DNA of 64,000 bases from Antedon mediterranea (lineage: Eukaryota > Animalia > Echinodermata), in contig NC_092673.1 in assembly GCF_964355755.1 (NCBI RefSeq), forward strand, positions 16,340,948-16,404,947, given 5' to 3'. Position 1 is the stretch's first letter. Each line of letters begins with the position of its first letter. The notes beneath the pieces were generated by a model. That model had not been told where the DNA came from and ran no database searches. It was given only the letters and a program-made list of their open reading frames with translations. This document shows, in pieces, positions 12,923 to 26,584 of this stretch. Made by a program: the position numbers and the translations under genes.

Positions 12923-15900
12923 TAGACCGGGCGCCCAGAAGATTTATTCATGTGAAAAGCCACAAAAGGTCTGATGGGCTGATTATGTAGATATATGGCC
13001 AAGATTCAATAATCAATATTGCTGCCGGGTCCTATCCTGTAAATTTACCCTGGGGACACCAAATAGGAGGGGTAAAAAATGGATTTAATCATGTGAAAAG
13101 CCACACGGATAAAAGTTGTTGGACATTGTTCCCATATGTGTATACAATGTTAAAACAGCAATGACAGCAACTTTATCCTGTAAGTTGCCCGAGACAGTAG
13201 CCCCAAGTGACCACTAAAAAATGGTGTTATTCACCACACGGCTAATTCCTTTTGATTGCAACTGTTACACATTGGGGTGCACAAAAATATTATTGACAGC
13301 AACTTTATCCTGTAAGTTGCCCCAAACAGTAGCCCTAGACAGTAGCCAAGAAATGCCCGTTGGGCTATACAAAATTTAATCACACGAAGAGCCACACGGC
13401 CAATTCCTTTTTTATTGGAACTGTTACGTCTTGGGATAGACGAAAATACTGATGACAGCAACTTTATCCTGTAAGTTTCCCCAGACAGTAGCCCCAGACA
13501 GTAGCCCAGAAATGCCCGTTGGGTCTGGGCCTACAAGATTTAATCACACGAAGAGCCACACAGTCAATTCCTTTTTTATTGGAACTATTACGTCGTGGGA
13601 TAGACAAAAATACTCATGACAGTAACTTTATCTTGTAGGTTTTCTCAGACAGTAGCCCCAGACAGTAGCCACACGGCCAATTCCCTTTTTATTGGAATTG
13701 TTATGACTTGAAATATACGAATGTATTCACGACAACACGTCGGCAGGCTCCTTAACTTCAAGTTTACCCATCAAGTTACAATTTAAATTTACCACCATGT
13801 GACACGAATACGGTTTTGTCACCTATTATTGGACCATAGTGATCATTCTGGACATCGTTTATAAGAAACTGTGCTAGAACTTCCTTAAATTCTCCATTCT
13901 TTAATAGATCTATACCTTTCTTTTGCTGTTGTTGATCCGCTCCAGTTATAATGAATGTGTTCTTGGCGTTCTACTCTGCACCTCTCTTTAATCTTTCGAC
14001 ATCTTCTATTGATTGTTCTATATATTTGTCCAGCGACATGAGAACAGAATTTCCACTGGCTGAACATACCTTAATCATGATATCTAAAACAATTTTAAAT
14101 CGTTTTCCCATTATGTAGACACATTATGACGAGGTAAAATTTCATGCAGAACAAGTCCGCCATCAAAGAGAGTTGTGTCGGTCACAGGAGTATCTTCCTT
14201 ATGTGAACCAGATTGTCTTGTTTCTAAAATCTTCGCAAAAATTGCCTTCTCTGTTTTTGTTGGAGTACCATCGAATGTGCAATAGCTAGTGGTATTTCAG
14301 TGATCGTTAGTACATACTGTAATGCAAATCTGTAGTCGTCTTTGATAACAAGTATCCAAAAGCATCACGAACACCTTCAGCTGCACCAAGAGCTTTGTTG
14401 CATTTAACGATTTCTTCTTCATGTTTGAAGCAGTACAATTGCGTACCTTTATACGCTTTACCGTCTTTAATAATCTTGTTTCGTCTGAAACACATTCTTT
14501 GTAAAATAGCTGCCGTGATAGGTATCCTCTCTGTAGTGTTCCCAGCAAATATGTACTATAGTTATGTCATTTACAGCTTTACCTGTAGCAATATTTACTA
14601 ATGTGGTTGGTGAATCAGTGGGGAATGGATTGCATGTACTATTTAGCTTAATGAGAAACTTGTCTACATCATTATTATCTCTCTCAATCCTCCGTCGACG
14701 TAACTGGTTAGCTGGTGTTTCACCGGGTTGAATTCCACTCATGGACTTCATTTCAGACACAGGAATACTCCGTTGAGTGAGATTTACGCAACAACGACGA
14801 AATGCACTCTCTGAGTTCGCAAAAGCTGTATTTCCAGTTGCCGATGACGCAGCATCTCTGTTAACAGTTTGCTCTAATGTAAGATCTACGTTTTTTCGTT
14901 CGTCGTGTTGAAAAGGCACCGGCTTTTAAAACATCTAATGCTGCAGAGTCCAAATTCTTCATTTTTTTCAATAAAAAGTGACCCCCAACGAGCATAATTT
15001 GGCCGGTTCAGATTTCAACCAAATACGGTAGTACATTGATGTACAGAATCACATCATTCGTTATTACTGCACGCTGGAATTGACGATACAAGCGGTTGAT
15101 AAGGTACACGTAAATAGCCCAATATGCGGCAGTGTTGCCAAATTCACCCTTTATAGTACGATGTAAAAATTCTTCATATTCATTAGGAAGTATTAAGAAT
15201 TCGTCACTGTCGGCAATTTGATTAGGCGCATTAATGTCGTCCGTTGGTATTGCTCGAACACTTTGTAGCAAAGTATCATCTTTCATATAGTAGGTACCCA
15301 GGAATCGCTTAAACAATTCTTTCTCAAAGGCCATAGCAGTGATTTGATGTATTCTGGTGCATCGGTTGTATAATTTACCATGGATGAAACCATTATCAAT
15401 CAATCAATCAAATCAATCAATCAAATCAATCAAAGTAACATTTATTTCTCTTCTTTTCTTTCATAGAATATATAATTACAGTAAATATGATTAAAATATG
15501 AGGGGCAAGATTCCAAAAAAGCGAAGCTTGTATAAGGCAGCCCATAAAAACTGAAACAAAAAACAGGACAACACAGGAACCGGAAACAGGACAAAAACTG
15601 TAATGAAGACTTTTAGTTTCAGGGTACCGAAAAGACTAAATAAAGTCTTAAGTGACCTCTCTGCCAGTATACCCGATTCAGTTAGAATATATTCGATCCC
15701 AGAATCAGAAATGTATGTTCCAACCGCTCCAAAAAATGCCACTTCGATATGAAAGTGAAAAAGTGAGTGAGTGATGAAAGTGAGTAAAATTACAAGTCTA
15801 TCAAAAGCTTTAAGTGCCACGTCACTGGATGATACAGCATTTTTGTCTCATCTGCAACTTTACGAGATCGAATCATTGTCTCTTGCACAACATCATTTCT

Positions 15901-17989
15901 TGTTGTTGGTTATAAAATTTGGTCCATGTATGCAATGGCAGTTAAAGGAAATGGATCGTTAACGAACGTTGAGTATAAGCCATTGAACAGAGGAAGTTTT
16001 CAATTAGATGATAAGATTAGCCAAACTAAAGAGAATAACTTGCATCGGATTCACTTATTTTGTTCCTGGTCTTTTTCTTCAAATTTAAACTTGGCAAGTT
16101 TTAGATTTGAATAAAATAGTGGTACTATTTTCTCTGCTCCGTCAAATTTCCGCCTAGGTCTTCCAGTGACCAAACTGACCGGCAGTCCTTCCATCTCAGC
16201 GGTTTGCCCCTGAAGGACATTCTGATACGCAATGCGAACTGTAACATTGAGACTATTTTTACCATCCAGGGTTTCCATGTTTAAATCGTAATTGTCCCAC
16301 GCAGTACCTGTAAAAACAAAACATATCAATATATACACATAATGTACTGTGCAATTTGTCACCTTGATTATTGATACTAATTACTAATTTCATTTATATT
16401 TTTCATTAAATTAAAAATATTTATATTACCTGTAGCCAATAGAGGTTGCAACAATAAGCCAGTGGGTGTCTCCAATTCACTCAAAGAACATGTGTATGCT
16501 ATTTCGGTCTCCAGACGTTTACATTCATCATAGCTTATTGTATGACTGAGGCGATTTAAAATAGTGATTGCTCCCTTAGATCCAAGCATGGACGTTAAAC
16601 CATGGAGAAATAACTTATTTCTCCATGGTTAAACCAAGACCTAACGATGTATTCTTCCAGGGCCTGACAGTACCTCGTGAAGTTGCAAAAACAATATCCG
16701 GTGACAGTGATTGCGTTTTTCTCATAATTTTTCAGATAATCCACATACAAATGTTTGATAAAACAATTTAGTCAGAGGTGGTAGTGGTGAACATTGTTTC
16801 ATTGTGTGAATAGATTTCGGTGAAGGAATTTTTCTTTTTTTCCATTTTCAAGATTTCTGACCGAAGCGCTAAACCGCACATTGAATTGTTTCATCATTTT
16901 CATTGAGGTCTTTTAACCGTGATTTAGCTTTATTGACGCTCATGTCTTCAGGGTATAAAAAGTTTCCAGTCTTGTTTGAGTCTTTGCTAATATTTAATCT
17001 ATCTCTAAATGTGGTCATTAATTTAGTAACTAATGGCTGACAAGCAAAAGAACGAATATCATCGTCAGTACCTCCGACTGCTTTATACTGTTCTTTGTAC
17101 AAATCCATGATTTTAAAGGCATATTTTGGTATACGTTTACAAATTATTTCATTTTCAACGTACCTCACCAGCCCATTGTATGCTTCTTCGTGTGTTTTTC
17201 TGTTTCTACTTATTACTACTTTCTGGGGCTACTGTCTGGGGCAACTTACAGGATAATTTTGCTGTCATGTGTATTTTTGTCTATCCCAAGACGTAACAGT
17301 TCCAATAAAAAAGGAATTGGCCTTGTGGCTCTTCGTGTGATTAAATCTTGTAGGCCCGGACCTAATGGGCATTTCTGGGCTACTGGCTGGGGCTACTGTC
17401 TGGGGCGACTTACAGGATAAAGTTGCTGTCATGAGTATTTTTGTCTATCCCAAGACGTAACAGTTCCAATAAAAAAGGAATTGGCCGTGTGGCTCTTCGT
17501 GTGATTAAATGTTGTATGGTCCAACGGGCATTTCTGGGCTACTGTCTAGGGCTACTGTTTGGAGCAACTTACAGGATAAAGTTGCTGTCAATGATATTTT
17601 TGTGCACCCCAATGTGTAACAATCAACAATCAATCAACAGTTGCTATGCAAAAGGAATTAGCCGTGTGGCTCTTGACATGAATAACACCATTTTTTAGTG
17701 GTCACTTGGGGCTACTGTCTCGGGCAACTTACAGGATAAAGTTGCTGTCATTGCTGTTTTAACATTGTATACACATATGGGAACAATGTCCAACAACTTT
17801 TATCCGTGTGGCTTTTCACATGATTAAATCCATTTTTTACCCCTCCTATTTGGTTTTCCCAGGGTAAATTTACAGGATAGGACCCGGCAGCAATATTGAT
17901 TATTGAATCTTGGCCATATATCTACATAATCAGCCCATCAGACCTTTTGTGGCTTTTGACATGAATAAATCTTCTGGGCGCCCGGTCTA
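12923..17989 (-). mobile_element. Academ-type DNA transposon 1 (degenerate, about 750-bp TIRs)
   Basis: TAGACCGGGCGCCCAGAAG...CTTCTGGGCGCCCGGTCTA termini; 3-bp TSD TAT; internally repetitive long TIRs. Confidence 0.85.
13760..17200 (-). pseudogene. Fragmented Academ transposase (N-terminal/catalytic part), with one intron at 16308-16429
   Basis: Ordered motifs LNRLSHTISY, WDNYDLNMETLDGK, FHIE..F, GKLYNRCTRIH, DLTLEQTVN across frameshifted ORFs; a GT-AG intron joins LLATG to TAWDN. Confidence 0.75.
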
Positions 17990-19557
17990 TATTGTGATTA
18001 AAATGGTATTTCAGTATAGTAGAGTAGAACTAATGAAAAAAAGGGGCCAACCTCAAAAAAATTGCAACAAAAGGTTTTTCAACGGATTTTGGTAGTATTG
18101 GGTCTACTAAACAACAGAAAAAAAGTCTCAAGAATTTGCGACCCCCGGAAAGTGGTTTTTTTCAAGATGGCCGCCAAAATAGATAAAAAGTGAAAATGGC
18201 CATACCTCCTAAACTACTTGGTCTATTGATATAATTTTGGTACCAACATACTCAGAACATACATATTTATATTCGCTATAATAGAAAATTTTGGCCAAAA
18301 TTGACCGGAAATACCATTTCTGACAATTTGACCTTTGACCTTGATATGTTGTATCTTGGTAACAACTGACCGTAGGGAAACAAATGATGGCTCAAATTGT
18401 TCAGAATGTACATATTTACATTTATTGTAATGAGACATTTTGTCAAAAAATGGTTGGAAGTAAAGGTTATTGACCTTTAACTTTATCTATGTAGAATTTC
18501 CATATCTCGGCAACTATGTGTGGTAGAGATTTAAAATTGGGCTCTAAATACTGAGAAAATACTTATTTATATTTACTCTAATGAAACAGTTTGACAAAAA
18601 ATGACTAGAAACGACATGATTTGACCATTGACCTTGATGCTATATTTTGATAATGACTGACTGAGATACACTATTTATGGCTCAATTTGTTCAGAATATA
18701 ATTATTTTTATTTCGTATAATGGTCTAATCTACCCATGGAATTAAGAGCTTTCCTGGGAATCAAGTAAACTGTAATATTTATAAAGACTTTTAGAATATG
18801 AGTTCAAGTTCAAATTGTTCAGAACATACTGTATACATTCTTAATAATAATAGTGTATAAAAAACCCGAAAAGTAAACAAAAACAAATAATAATAATTTT
18901 AAATTTCTAATTACGGTATAGCAGCAGTTGATTGGATATTGTGCATGTATTTAGTACGGCATCCTAAACAACTGTTCCAACTTCGTCTTCATCGTCATCA
19001 ATCTCTCTATCTACGTTGTTCCATTCTTCTAGTTGACACACTCCACAAACTGAAGTACATGCCAATCCATAGCGTCTACAACTGCAACATACAGTTTTAC
19101 ATCCAGTAGTACAGTTACAAAGGATGATTTTCAAAGTTCTTCTGGAGCAGCAGTTTCAATCGTCATTATTGGCACAAATGTTTTATTAAAAACTTCCCCG
19201 ACTTGGCAGCATCCATGGTATTATCTTTCTTTATCCATTGCATGATTTGATAGTATACTCTAAGACTGTGACATTTTGTAGCAGATGAGGTTGGTGGTAG
19301 TAGTTGTTGAGGTTTGATAAATTATTTACCTTCAGCAACTTTCTTATTAAACAGCTTGCATCTGTAGCTATTTAGGAAATCCAGTGACTTGGCTCCAAAA
19401 AGAATAGACATGGCCTTTAATCCAAACTCCTCGATAGTTTGAAGTTTCTGATGCGGTTGAGTGAAAATATCGGCACACATCAGTGTCATATTCTAGGTTA
19501 CTTTCTATCAATTTATTGGTTTATTTGCCTTCCTAAAGATGTCTTTGGCTTCGAAGA

Positions 19558-20794
19558 GTGAGGGTGGAAACGAACTTAGTTCATATTTCATTACATCGTC
19601 CAGAGAGATTTGTCCTAACTGAATTTGATGGAAAGAAAGAAGAATTCCTGTCAAGGCATGAGAACAAACACAAATTTATCAACATGCTTTCATATGAGCT
19701 ACAGAAAAAAGAATGTCCTGTACGACATGCAGCCAACGAGTTATGGTTATGATGCTTGGCTACCACTCCAAGGGTCCTGAGTTCAAGTTCCGTCACATGT
19801 CAGGATTTTTTCTAAGGACCAAATTACTCCACTCCCAAAGACTTGTAATAAGACTTTGTTTTGTAGAGCATCTTGTGTATATGCTTGTCTTGATCAGCAA
19901 TAGCTGCATGGATCACCCACATTAAATATGGTTTAAAAAAAACAAAAAAAACAATGCCGATGTTGACATTGCTCTGGCAACAGTTGAAGTCTCTGAACAT
20001 AATACAGTAACTTTGATTGGAGAAGACACAGACTTTACTGGTACTTTTACTGTATCATGTAAATACAACAAACCGAGAAGTGTACTTCAGATTAGACAAA
20101 GGAAAAGATGGGCCTACTAGAGTGATTAATGTAACCAGTTTGAAATCTGTTTTAGGATATAAAATGTGAACTGCATTACCCATAGTGCATGCATTCACTG
20201 GTTGTGATTCGACGTCTAGGATTTTCGGAATCGGCAAGAAAGCGGCATTTAATAAATTGATTGAAAGTAACCCAGAATATGACATGTGTGCCGATATTTT
20301 CACTCAACCGCATCAGAAACTTTAAACTATCGAGGAGTTTGGACTGAAGGACATGTCTATTCTTTTTGGAGCCAAGTCACTGGATTCCCTGAATAGCTAC
20401 AGATGCAAGCTGTTTAATAAAAAAAGTTGTTGAGGGTAAATCATTTATCAAACCTAGCCTCAACAACTACCACCAACGTCATCTGCTACAGAATGTCAGT
20501 CAAATCATGCAATGGCTATAGAAAGATAATACCATGGATGCTACCAAGTGGGGATGGAAAGTTTGTAATAAAACATTTGTGCCAATAATGACGATGGAAA
20601 CTGCTGCTCCAGAAGAACTTTTGAAAATCATCCATTGTAACTGTACTACTGGATGTAAAACTGTATGTTGCAGTTGTAGACGCTATGGATTGGCATGTAC
20701 TTCAGTTTGTGGAGTGTGTCAACTTGAAGAATGGAACAACGTAGATAGAAAGATTGATGACGATGATGAAGACGAAGTTGGAACAGTTGTTTAA
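19558..20794 (+). pseudogene. Academ XPG/FEN1-like nuclease plus Cys-rich C-terminus remnant
   Basis: ADVDIA, GEDTD, HAFTGCDSTSRIFGIGKK, LPPT, WGW, APEELLKIIHCNC..C..C.C..CT..C motifs with stops and frameshifts. Confidence 0.75.
19739..19952 (+). mobile_element. tRNA-derived SINE-like insertion in the Academ coding remnant
   Basis: B-box-like gagttcaagt head and A-rich tail; interrupts HAAN|ADVDIA. Confidence 0.55.
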
Positions 20795-20821
20795 GATGCC
20801 GTACTAAATACATGCACACTA

Positions 20822-22140
20822 TCTATATATAAATTTACGTAAGGGCAAAATTCGGTAAATCGCGCCTTACTTTTAGAATTTTTACTCAATGGTATATAAA
20901 GTTGGTTCGTACTTTCGGTACTGATTTTAACCACCTGATTTAACCCTATTTACTAATTAAATTAAGTTAGATAATTAGTTATTGACGATTAAAACGAATT
21001 TAGGTTCAACGATTTGCCCCAAAGAGGGGTGTTTTCCGATCGTGGTATACACTGCCTAATGGATGTCCATCTTGAAAAATACCCGCCACAAAAATTCGAG
21101 GAGGCTTCGCATTTTCCTATCTCCTCCTACGATAATTGTTTTTAATAGCTGAAAACCGGTTGAACAGCTAGAGTACAGCATCATAATGTTGAAGACAGGC
21201 CGATTTTCTTTAAAAAATACTATTTTGATAGATTTAATATACGATTCTACAAATGTATTGATTTGCGATGAATGGAACATCCCAATCTCTCAGTCTGCCA
21301 GAGTTTAACACAAGTAGGTAAATTTATGAGCCCTTGGTTTAACACATACGGTAGGTAAATTGGGCCCTTTGAGAATATACTTGCAATACTTCGACAATAC
21401 TGTAAATACCTATTAACTATTGTTTGTCCTCATTTGAATCGAACATTTCTTACTGTGAATGTTCGTACTGTTAGATGTAATATAAAAATATATACAAATA
21501 AACTTTATTACTGAGATTGTGGATACTACTGTTAGATATATAAACACATTATTATATACAAATAAACTTTATACTGACAGTTCCTTCTCAACGTTTGTAT
21601 TAATTAATAATTACCAAAAATATAAACGTCGTAGTGGTGTATCGTGTACTTTAATATTTCAATCGATTATGACAGTGACAGTTTTAACAAAGTATTAAAT
21701 CGCAAATGTTTTACTGTATTTAGATGTAGGCCTATATTATTTATAGGCCTATAAAACATGAAAGAAATATTTCGTTACTGAGTGGATAAAGAATATATTT
21801 AAAAATTGTTCTTCTTTGTACCTATCCGCTTTCCCATCCCTCAACCCTAATGTTACATACAAAACACAAATTGGGTTTCTTTAAAAGAGTCCAAATCAAA
21901 AATTTGGACTCATTTTGTGATAAGTTTCTCCTTCGGAAGTAATTCCCAGGGTGCTAATTTTAGTTGACTACATAAATCATCGTGTCTATTTATTCGTTTC
22001 TGTAAACGACAATGTATTATAGTACTGCGGTACGTACATTTGAAATCGCCAGTTTTGTTACGCTGAAATTACTGTGTATTCGAGAACCATCTGTGGGTAC
22101 GACCTAGATGGTACGCGAGCGAAGCGAGCGTACCATCTAG
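20822..22140 (+). mobile_element. Non-autonomous Helitron
   Basis: 5' TC, 3' CTAG, inserted between A and T without TSD (the empty site is visible in the inverted arm near 18940); terminal hairpin. Confidence 0.9.
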
Positions 22141-23151
22141 TCTAATCAATTGCTGCTATACCGTAATTAGAAATTTAAAAGTTATAATTATATTCTGAAC
22201 AAATTGAGCCATAAATGGTGTATCTCAGTCAGTCATTATCGAAATATAGCATATCAAGGTCAATGGTCAAACATGTCGTTTCTGGTCATTTTTTGTCAAA
22301 CTGTTTCATTAGAGTAAATATAAATAAGTATATTCTCAGTATTTAGAGCCCAATTTTAAATCTCTACCACACATAGTTGCCGAGATATGGAAATTCTACA
22401 TAGATAAAGGTTAAAGGTCAATAACCTTTACTTCTAACCATTTTTTGACAAAATGTCTCATTACAATAAATGTAAATATGTACATTCTGAACAATTTGAG
22501 CCATCATTTGTTTCCCTACGGTCAGTTGTTGCCCAGATACAACATATCAAGGTCAAAGGTCAAATTGTCAGAAATGGTATTTCCGGTCAGTTTTGGCCAA
22601 AATGTTCTATTATAGCGAATATAAATATGTATGTTCTGAGTATGTTGGTACCAAAATTATATCAATAGACCAAGTAGTTTAGGAGGTATGGCCATTTTCA
22701 CTTTTTATCTATTTTGGCGGCCATCTTGAAAAAAACCACTTTCCGGGGGTCGAAATTCTTGAGACTTTTTTTCTGTTGTTTAGTACACCTAATACTACCA
22801 AAATCCGTTGAAAAACCTTTTGTTGCAATTTTTTGAGGTGAAACCTTATTTCTACTCTACTAGTAGTGGACTTGTAGTAATATAAGAATTTCATTCATTT
22901 AGTTTATCATATATTATATAATATACAAATTCTTATAATTGCGTGCAACTTCAATAGCTTAAATTGTCCTTGGCTGTATTGCTATGATTATTAGTTTCTC
23001 ACTCATGGTTCAAAATTTGGCACAAAACATTTTCAATGAGTTGAAAGATTAAGAGAATTATTTAATTGGTCAGATGTTTTGTCTTATTCTGACGTAATTG
23101 CACTGTATACTCAGTTCAATGAGAACACTTTGCGAACAAATTTAAAAGTAT

Positions 23152-23225
23152 TTGACAGATTGGACTCAAACCCATGACCTCCAGATTACTAGCATTGCGT
23201 ATATACCCCCAGACCACCGAGCTCA
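23152..23225 (-). mobile_element. tRNA-like SINE head fragment (related piece at about 10947-11010 on +)
   Basis: Reverse complement gagctcggtggtctgggggt...gggtttgagtcc resembles A/B boxes; no intact cloverleaf seen. Confidence 0.4.
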
Positions 23226-23726
23226 GTAGTATAGAGAGGTTTGAGTCCCATGCACACACTCCTTATAGTGTAAATATCTTTTTAAATGGTTACATATTAT
23301 TTTAGTTACTGTTCATGTATTTATTACAACAGATGGCATGGTAATGATACCACAACCAAAGTTGGCTGCAATAATATTAAAAACATGAAAAACTATTTTT
23401 GTTATAAAATTAAATAGAACTAACACTGTGCAAGTAAAGTTGAAATAAATGAATTGAGGAAAATAGACAATCTTACATTGCTGTATATAAATTGTTCTGC
23501 TAGTTAACTTAATGACATGTTCCAATATAAGCTGTATTATCTACTACTGTACAGTGTTAATATAATCTTGACAATAAAGATGATTTGGTACTATTTTTGT
23601 TAAGGAGTTATACTCTAAAGAGAGCTAACATAGTAAATTTGTCATGGAAGAAAGTATAATTGTATTATGAAGGAGATTGTAACAATTACTATATAAACAC
23701 AATTAAAATAATGTTTCATTCTGCAG

Positions 23727-24262
23727 ATCGAATGGAGTTAATTGTGGACTCTACAGGTGGAACTCTTCACCTTAAGGATGAAGGCATAAAGTTACAGATA
23801 CAACCTGGAGCAATAGAAGAAGGAAAGACAGTTAAAATATCACTAGAAAATATTTTGGAGGAAACAGACATGCCTGTACTTCATCCACTTGAATCAATAA
23901 TATCACCTATTGTTAAATGTGGACCAGAAGGCACCATCTTCAACAAGCCCTGTTTACTGTCATTTCCACACAATGCTGTAAATGAAGAGTTTTGGGAATT
24001 CTCTCTACTTTTTAAAGAATGCTTTCAAGATAAATGGAAAAACCTCACATTAGAAATTGATGAAAAGGACATGAATTTTACTTTAAACAAGGGCCGATGT
24101 TTTATAAATTTAAATCATTTCTGTTTTTCTGCAATTAAAGGTCGAGTAAGAAATATCTTTTATGCTAAAAAAAGTATAAAGTTGGGCGTTTTTGGAAAGG
24201 CGCTTGTAAATGAAAATGAATATCGACTTCGAGTAACATTTTTTAAGCCAGGAAAACAAAAG
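23727..24262 (+). CDS. ZU5 domain exon plus start of UPA (phase 1-0)
   Basis: ctgcag|AT ... AAG|gtaatt; VDSTGGTL, GIKLQIQPGAI, ISPIVKCGPEGTIFNKPCLLSFPH and LNHFC motifs typical of ZU5. Confidence 0.9.
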
Positions 24263-24908
24263 GTAATTGTTAATTTTTTAGTAAACTGTATTTGAATTCC
24301 AATTTCATGGAACTTTTATTTTGTAATCTTTTATGCACAAAAATGTTCCAAATCATTTATTAGATGATCGTTGCTTTTATAACTGATAAATTATTTTATT
24401 AACCTGCATAGGTATTTATATATATATGCATAGACAATTTAAGCAGAAGGTTTCCATTATTTTCATGAAAAGGGAAATAAATACACAGAAAATCTCATTT
24501 CTTTATTTTTTTCCCAGTTTTTTCACCTTTGTGTAATTTGTGTACAAATATATTTTTAAATATGTAAATATGCTTATATGATAGAAATATTTGTAAAAAC
24601 AGCTCAAATAAAATGTTTCTTATAATATATTTACTGTAGGGGCCTACCGGTGACATTGATTTCTTCAATAGAGTTGAAATTTTTTATTAAACTTTCTTGG
24701 GTTATCCTCAGTTCATTCAGTTAATATTGTTTTCTTGTACCTTTTCTTTTTTTTTCTAAATCTGTATCTGTACGTAAAATTGAATGAACTGAAATAAAAT
24801 GAATGAAATAAATAGAATAAATGAAGAGCCATGAGGTAAAAGAGATAAAATTGCCTCTGTTTGTGGTATAACCAGGAAAGAGACTTACTTTCCATGTATG
24901 AATTTCAG

Positions 24909-25043
24909 GAGGTTAATGAAGAACAAGCATACCAGGGCGACAAACTTTTAGAACCAGGTACAGTACGGTCTTTGTATAAAGACTTGGAAATAAGAGTTGA
25001 AATACCAAATCAGAAATGGAGAGTAGTGGATAAAAGAGTAAAA
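24909..25043 (+). CDS. UPA-like exon, EVNEEQAYQGDKLLEPG...WRVVDKRVK (phase 0-0)
   Basis: tttcag|GAG ... AAA|gtaagc; 135 nt; E...G.KLLE pattern as in UPA segments following ZU5. Confidence 0.8.
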
Positions 25044-25348
25044 GTAAGCAATTTGTTTTATTTATGAAATTATTTTCTTTTAAAAATTCACAAATCTGTG
25101 CAAATGCATTATTGTATATTATAGGTAGTCTGCTGATTATTGCTTGTTGAAACAGTAATTTGAGTAGCACACACTAGAATGAGAAAAAGTCTAAATTCCA
25201 CAGTGTTGCAATGTTTACAATTTTTGTAAGGCTCCATCCTTATATTGTTCACAAGAATTTCAACTCATCAATTGAATGTGTAGGCTGATGGCAACATAAC
25301 TTGTATTAAATTGTTTTTTATGTATTAAATGATTTAGTTAAAGAATGT

Positions 25349-26201
25349 CAGGGTCGTAGCCAGGGGGGATTTTATGGTTCGGGCAAAACCCCACTTTACA
25401 GCGAACCCCCTAACTGCGAACCCTACCCCAGACATGCCCACTACCTCACCCTCATCTCTGAAAATCCTCCAAATACGTGCCCCACAGTACAAAAGGTTAT
25501 TGGTAAATCAAAAAATTTGTAAACTCTTTCGTGAATAACTCGTACTTTCGTTCCTGTATGAGCATACGTTGAGCGATACCTGTCTGTAAATTTCTAAGAG
25601 TTGCAAATGAATTGCCGATTTTCACCTGAAAATAAATACAAATTTTTGATCCTTGGATGGACAGTAACATGATATTGACTCGTGTATCGTACTCATACAG
25701 TGAGCTGGGTCGATTCGTTTAGGTCACTGGCAGTCAATATGCATATGTATATAGCCTTCCGACGTACATCAAAAAATGGAATGCTGCGGTTACCTACAGT
25801 ATTTATGTGTGGCCAAGAAGTATAGTGTATCATCATTATAGAGGATTATAGTGAATATTAATATTTTACACTAAAATATCTATGGTATCATGTACTGTAG
25901 ATCCGATCCGATCCGATTATTTTTGTCTAGACCACCAACCGATACGTAGGCCTACTTAACTGTATCAATACCACCTATTTACATTGATATATTTAATTTC
26001 CTCAACAAATTGCTGTAAATAAATATAGATAGAGCTATAATAAGCATTGAATTTGTATTCTCACCCAAAGCATACTTTTTTCTGGGTTTCACGTACGTTT
26101 GCATTGAACTTGAACGCAAAACAAAATACCGAGTGAATGAGCTGTGACCCAAATAGTTAGTCTCCGAACTCCCCTCTTGACAGATCCTGGCTATGGCCCT
26201 G
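25349..26201. mobile_element. MITE with CAGGG termini and 5-bp TSD
   Basis: cagggtcgtagccagg ... cctggctatggccctg; AATGT on both flanks. Confidence 0.7.
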
Positions 26202-26584
26202 AATGTACTGTAGATTTTAAACAATTTGGGGTGCATACATATTTTGTTCACAAACTATGACGACGTAATTTGTGAGCCACCTGATTTGTCAGTGTTTGTA
26301 ATGTTAAAGTTGGCCTTGGTTTAACTTTAACGATTACAATTGTTAAATTGTTTTAATTGATACAATTTCAATGATCTGAATTACGCAAAGCGGCAATTAC
26401 CCTTTTCCTGTTAAGTTAAGTGATATTTATTTTAAGGCAAATTTATATAGGTAATTACTATGACTTTGGTCTATTTTGCTTACTGGTAATAAGCACCCGA
26501 AATACTTATTACATGGAGGTATACATGGTCCAAAGAACTGCTGTGAGCTAAACATACATATCCAATATATACTTTTTTTCCTAG

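Larger units (their letters stand above)
18017..22862 (+). mobile_element. Academ-type DNA transposon 2, foldback derivative
   Basis: TAGTAGAGTAGAA...TTCTACTCTACTA termini; 3-bp TSD GTA; 18017-19517 is the inverted copy of 20251-22862 once the Helitron is removed. Confidence 0.85.

Noticed and set aside
13231-22894. Mirror-image ORF pairs (13231/17441, 18223/22453)
   Set aside because: By-products of long terminal inverted repeats, not genes
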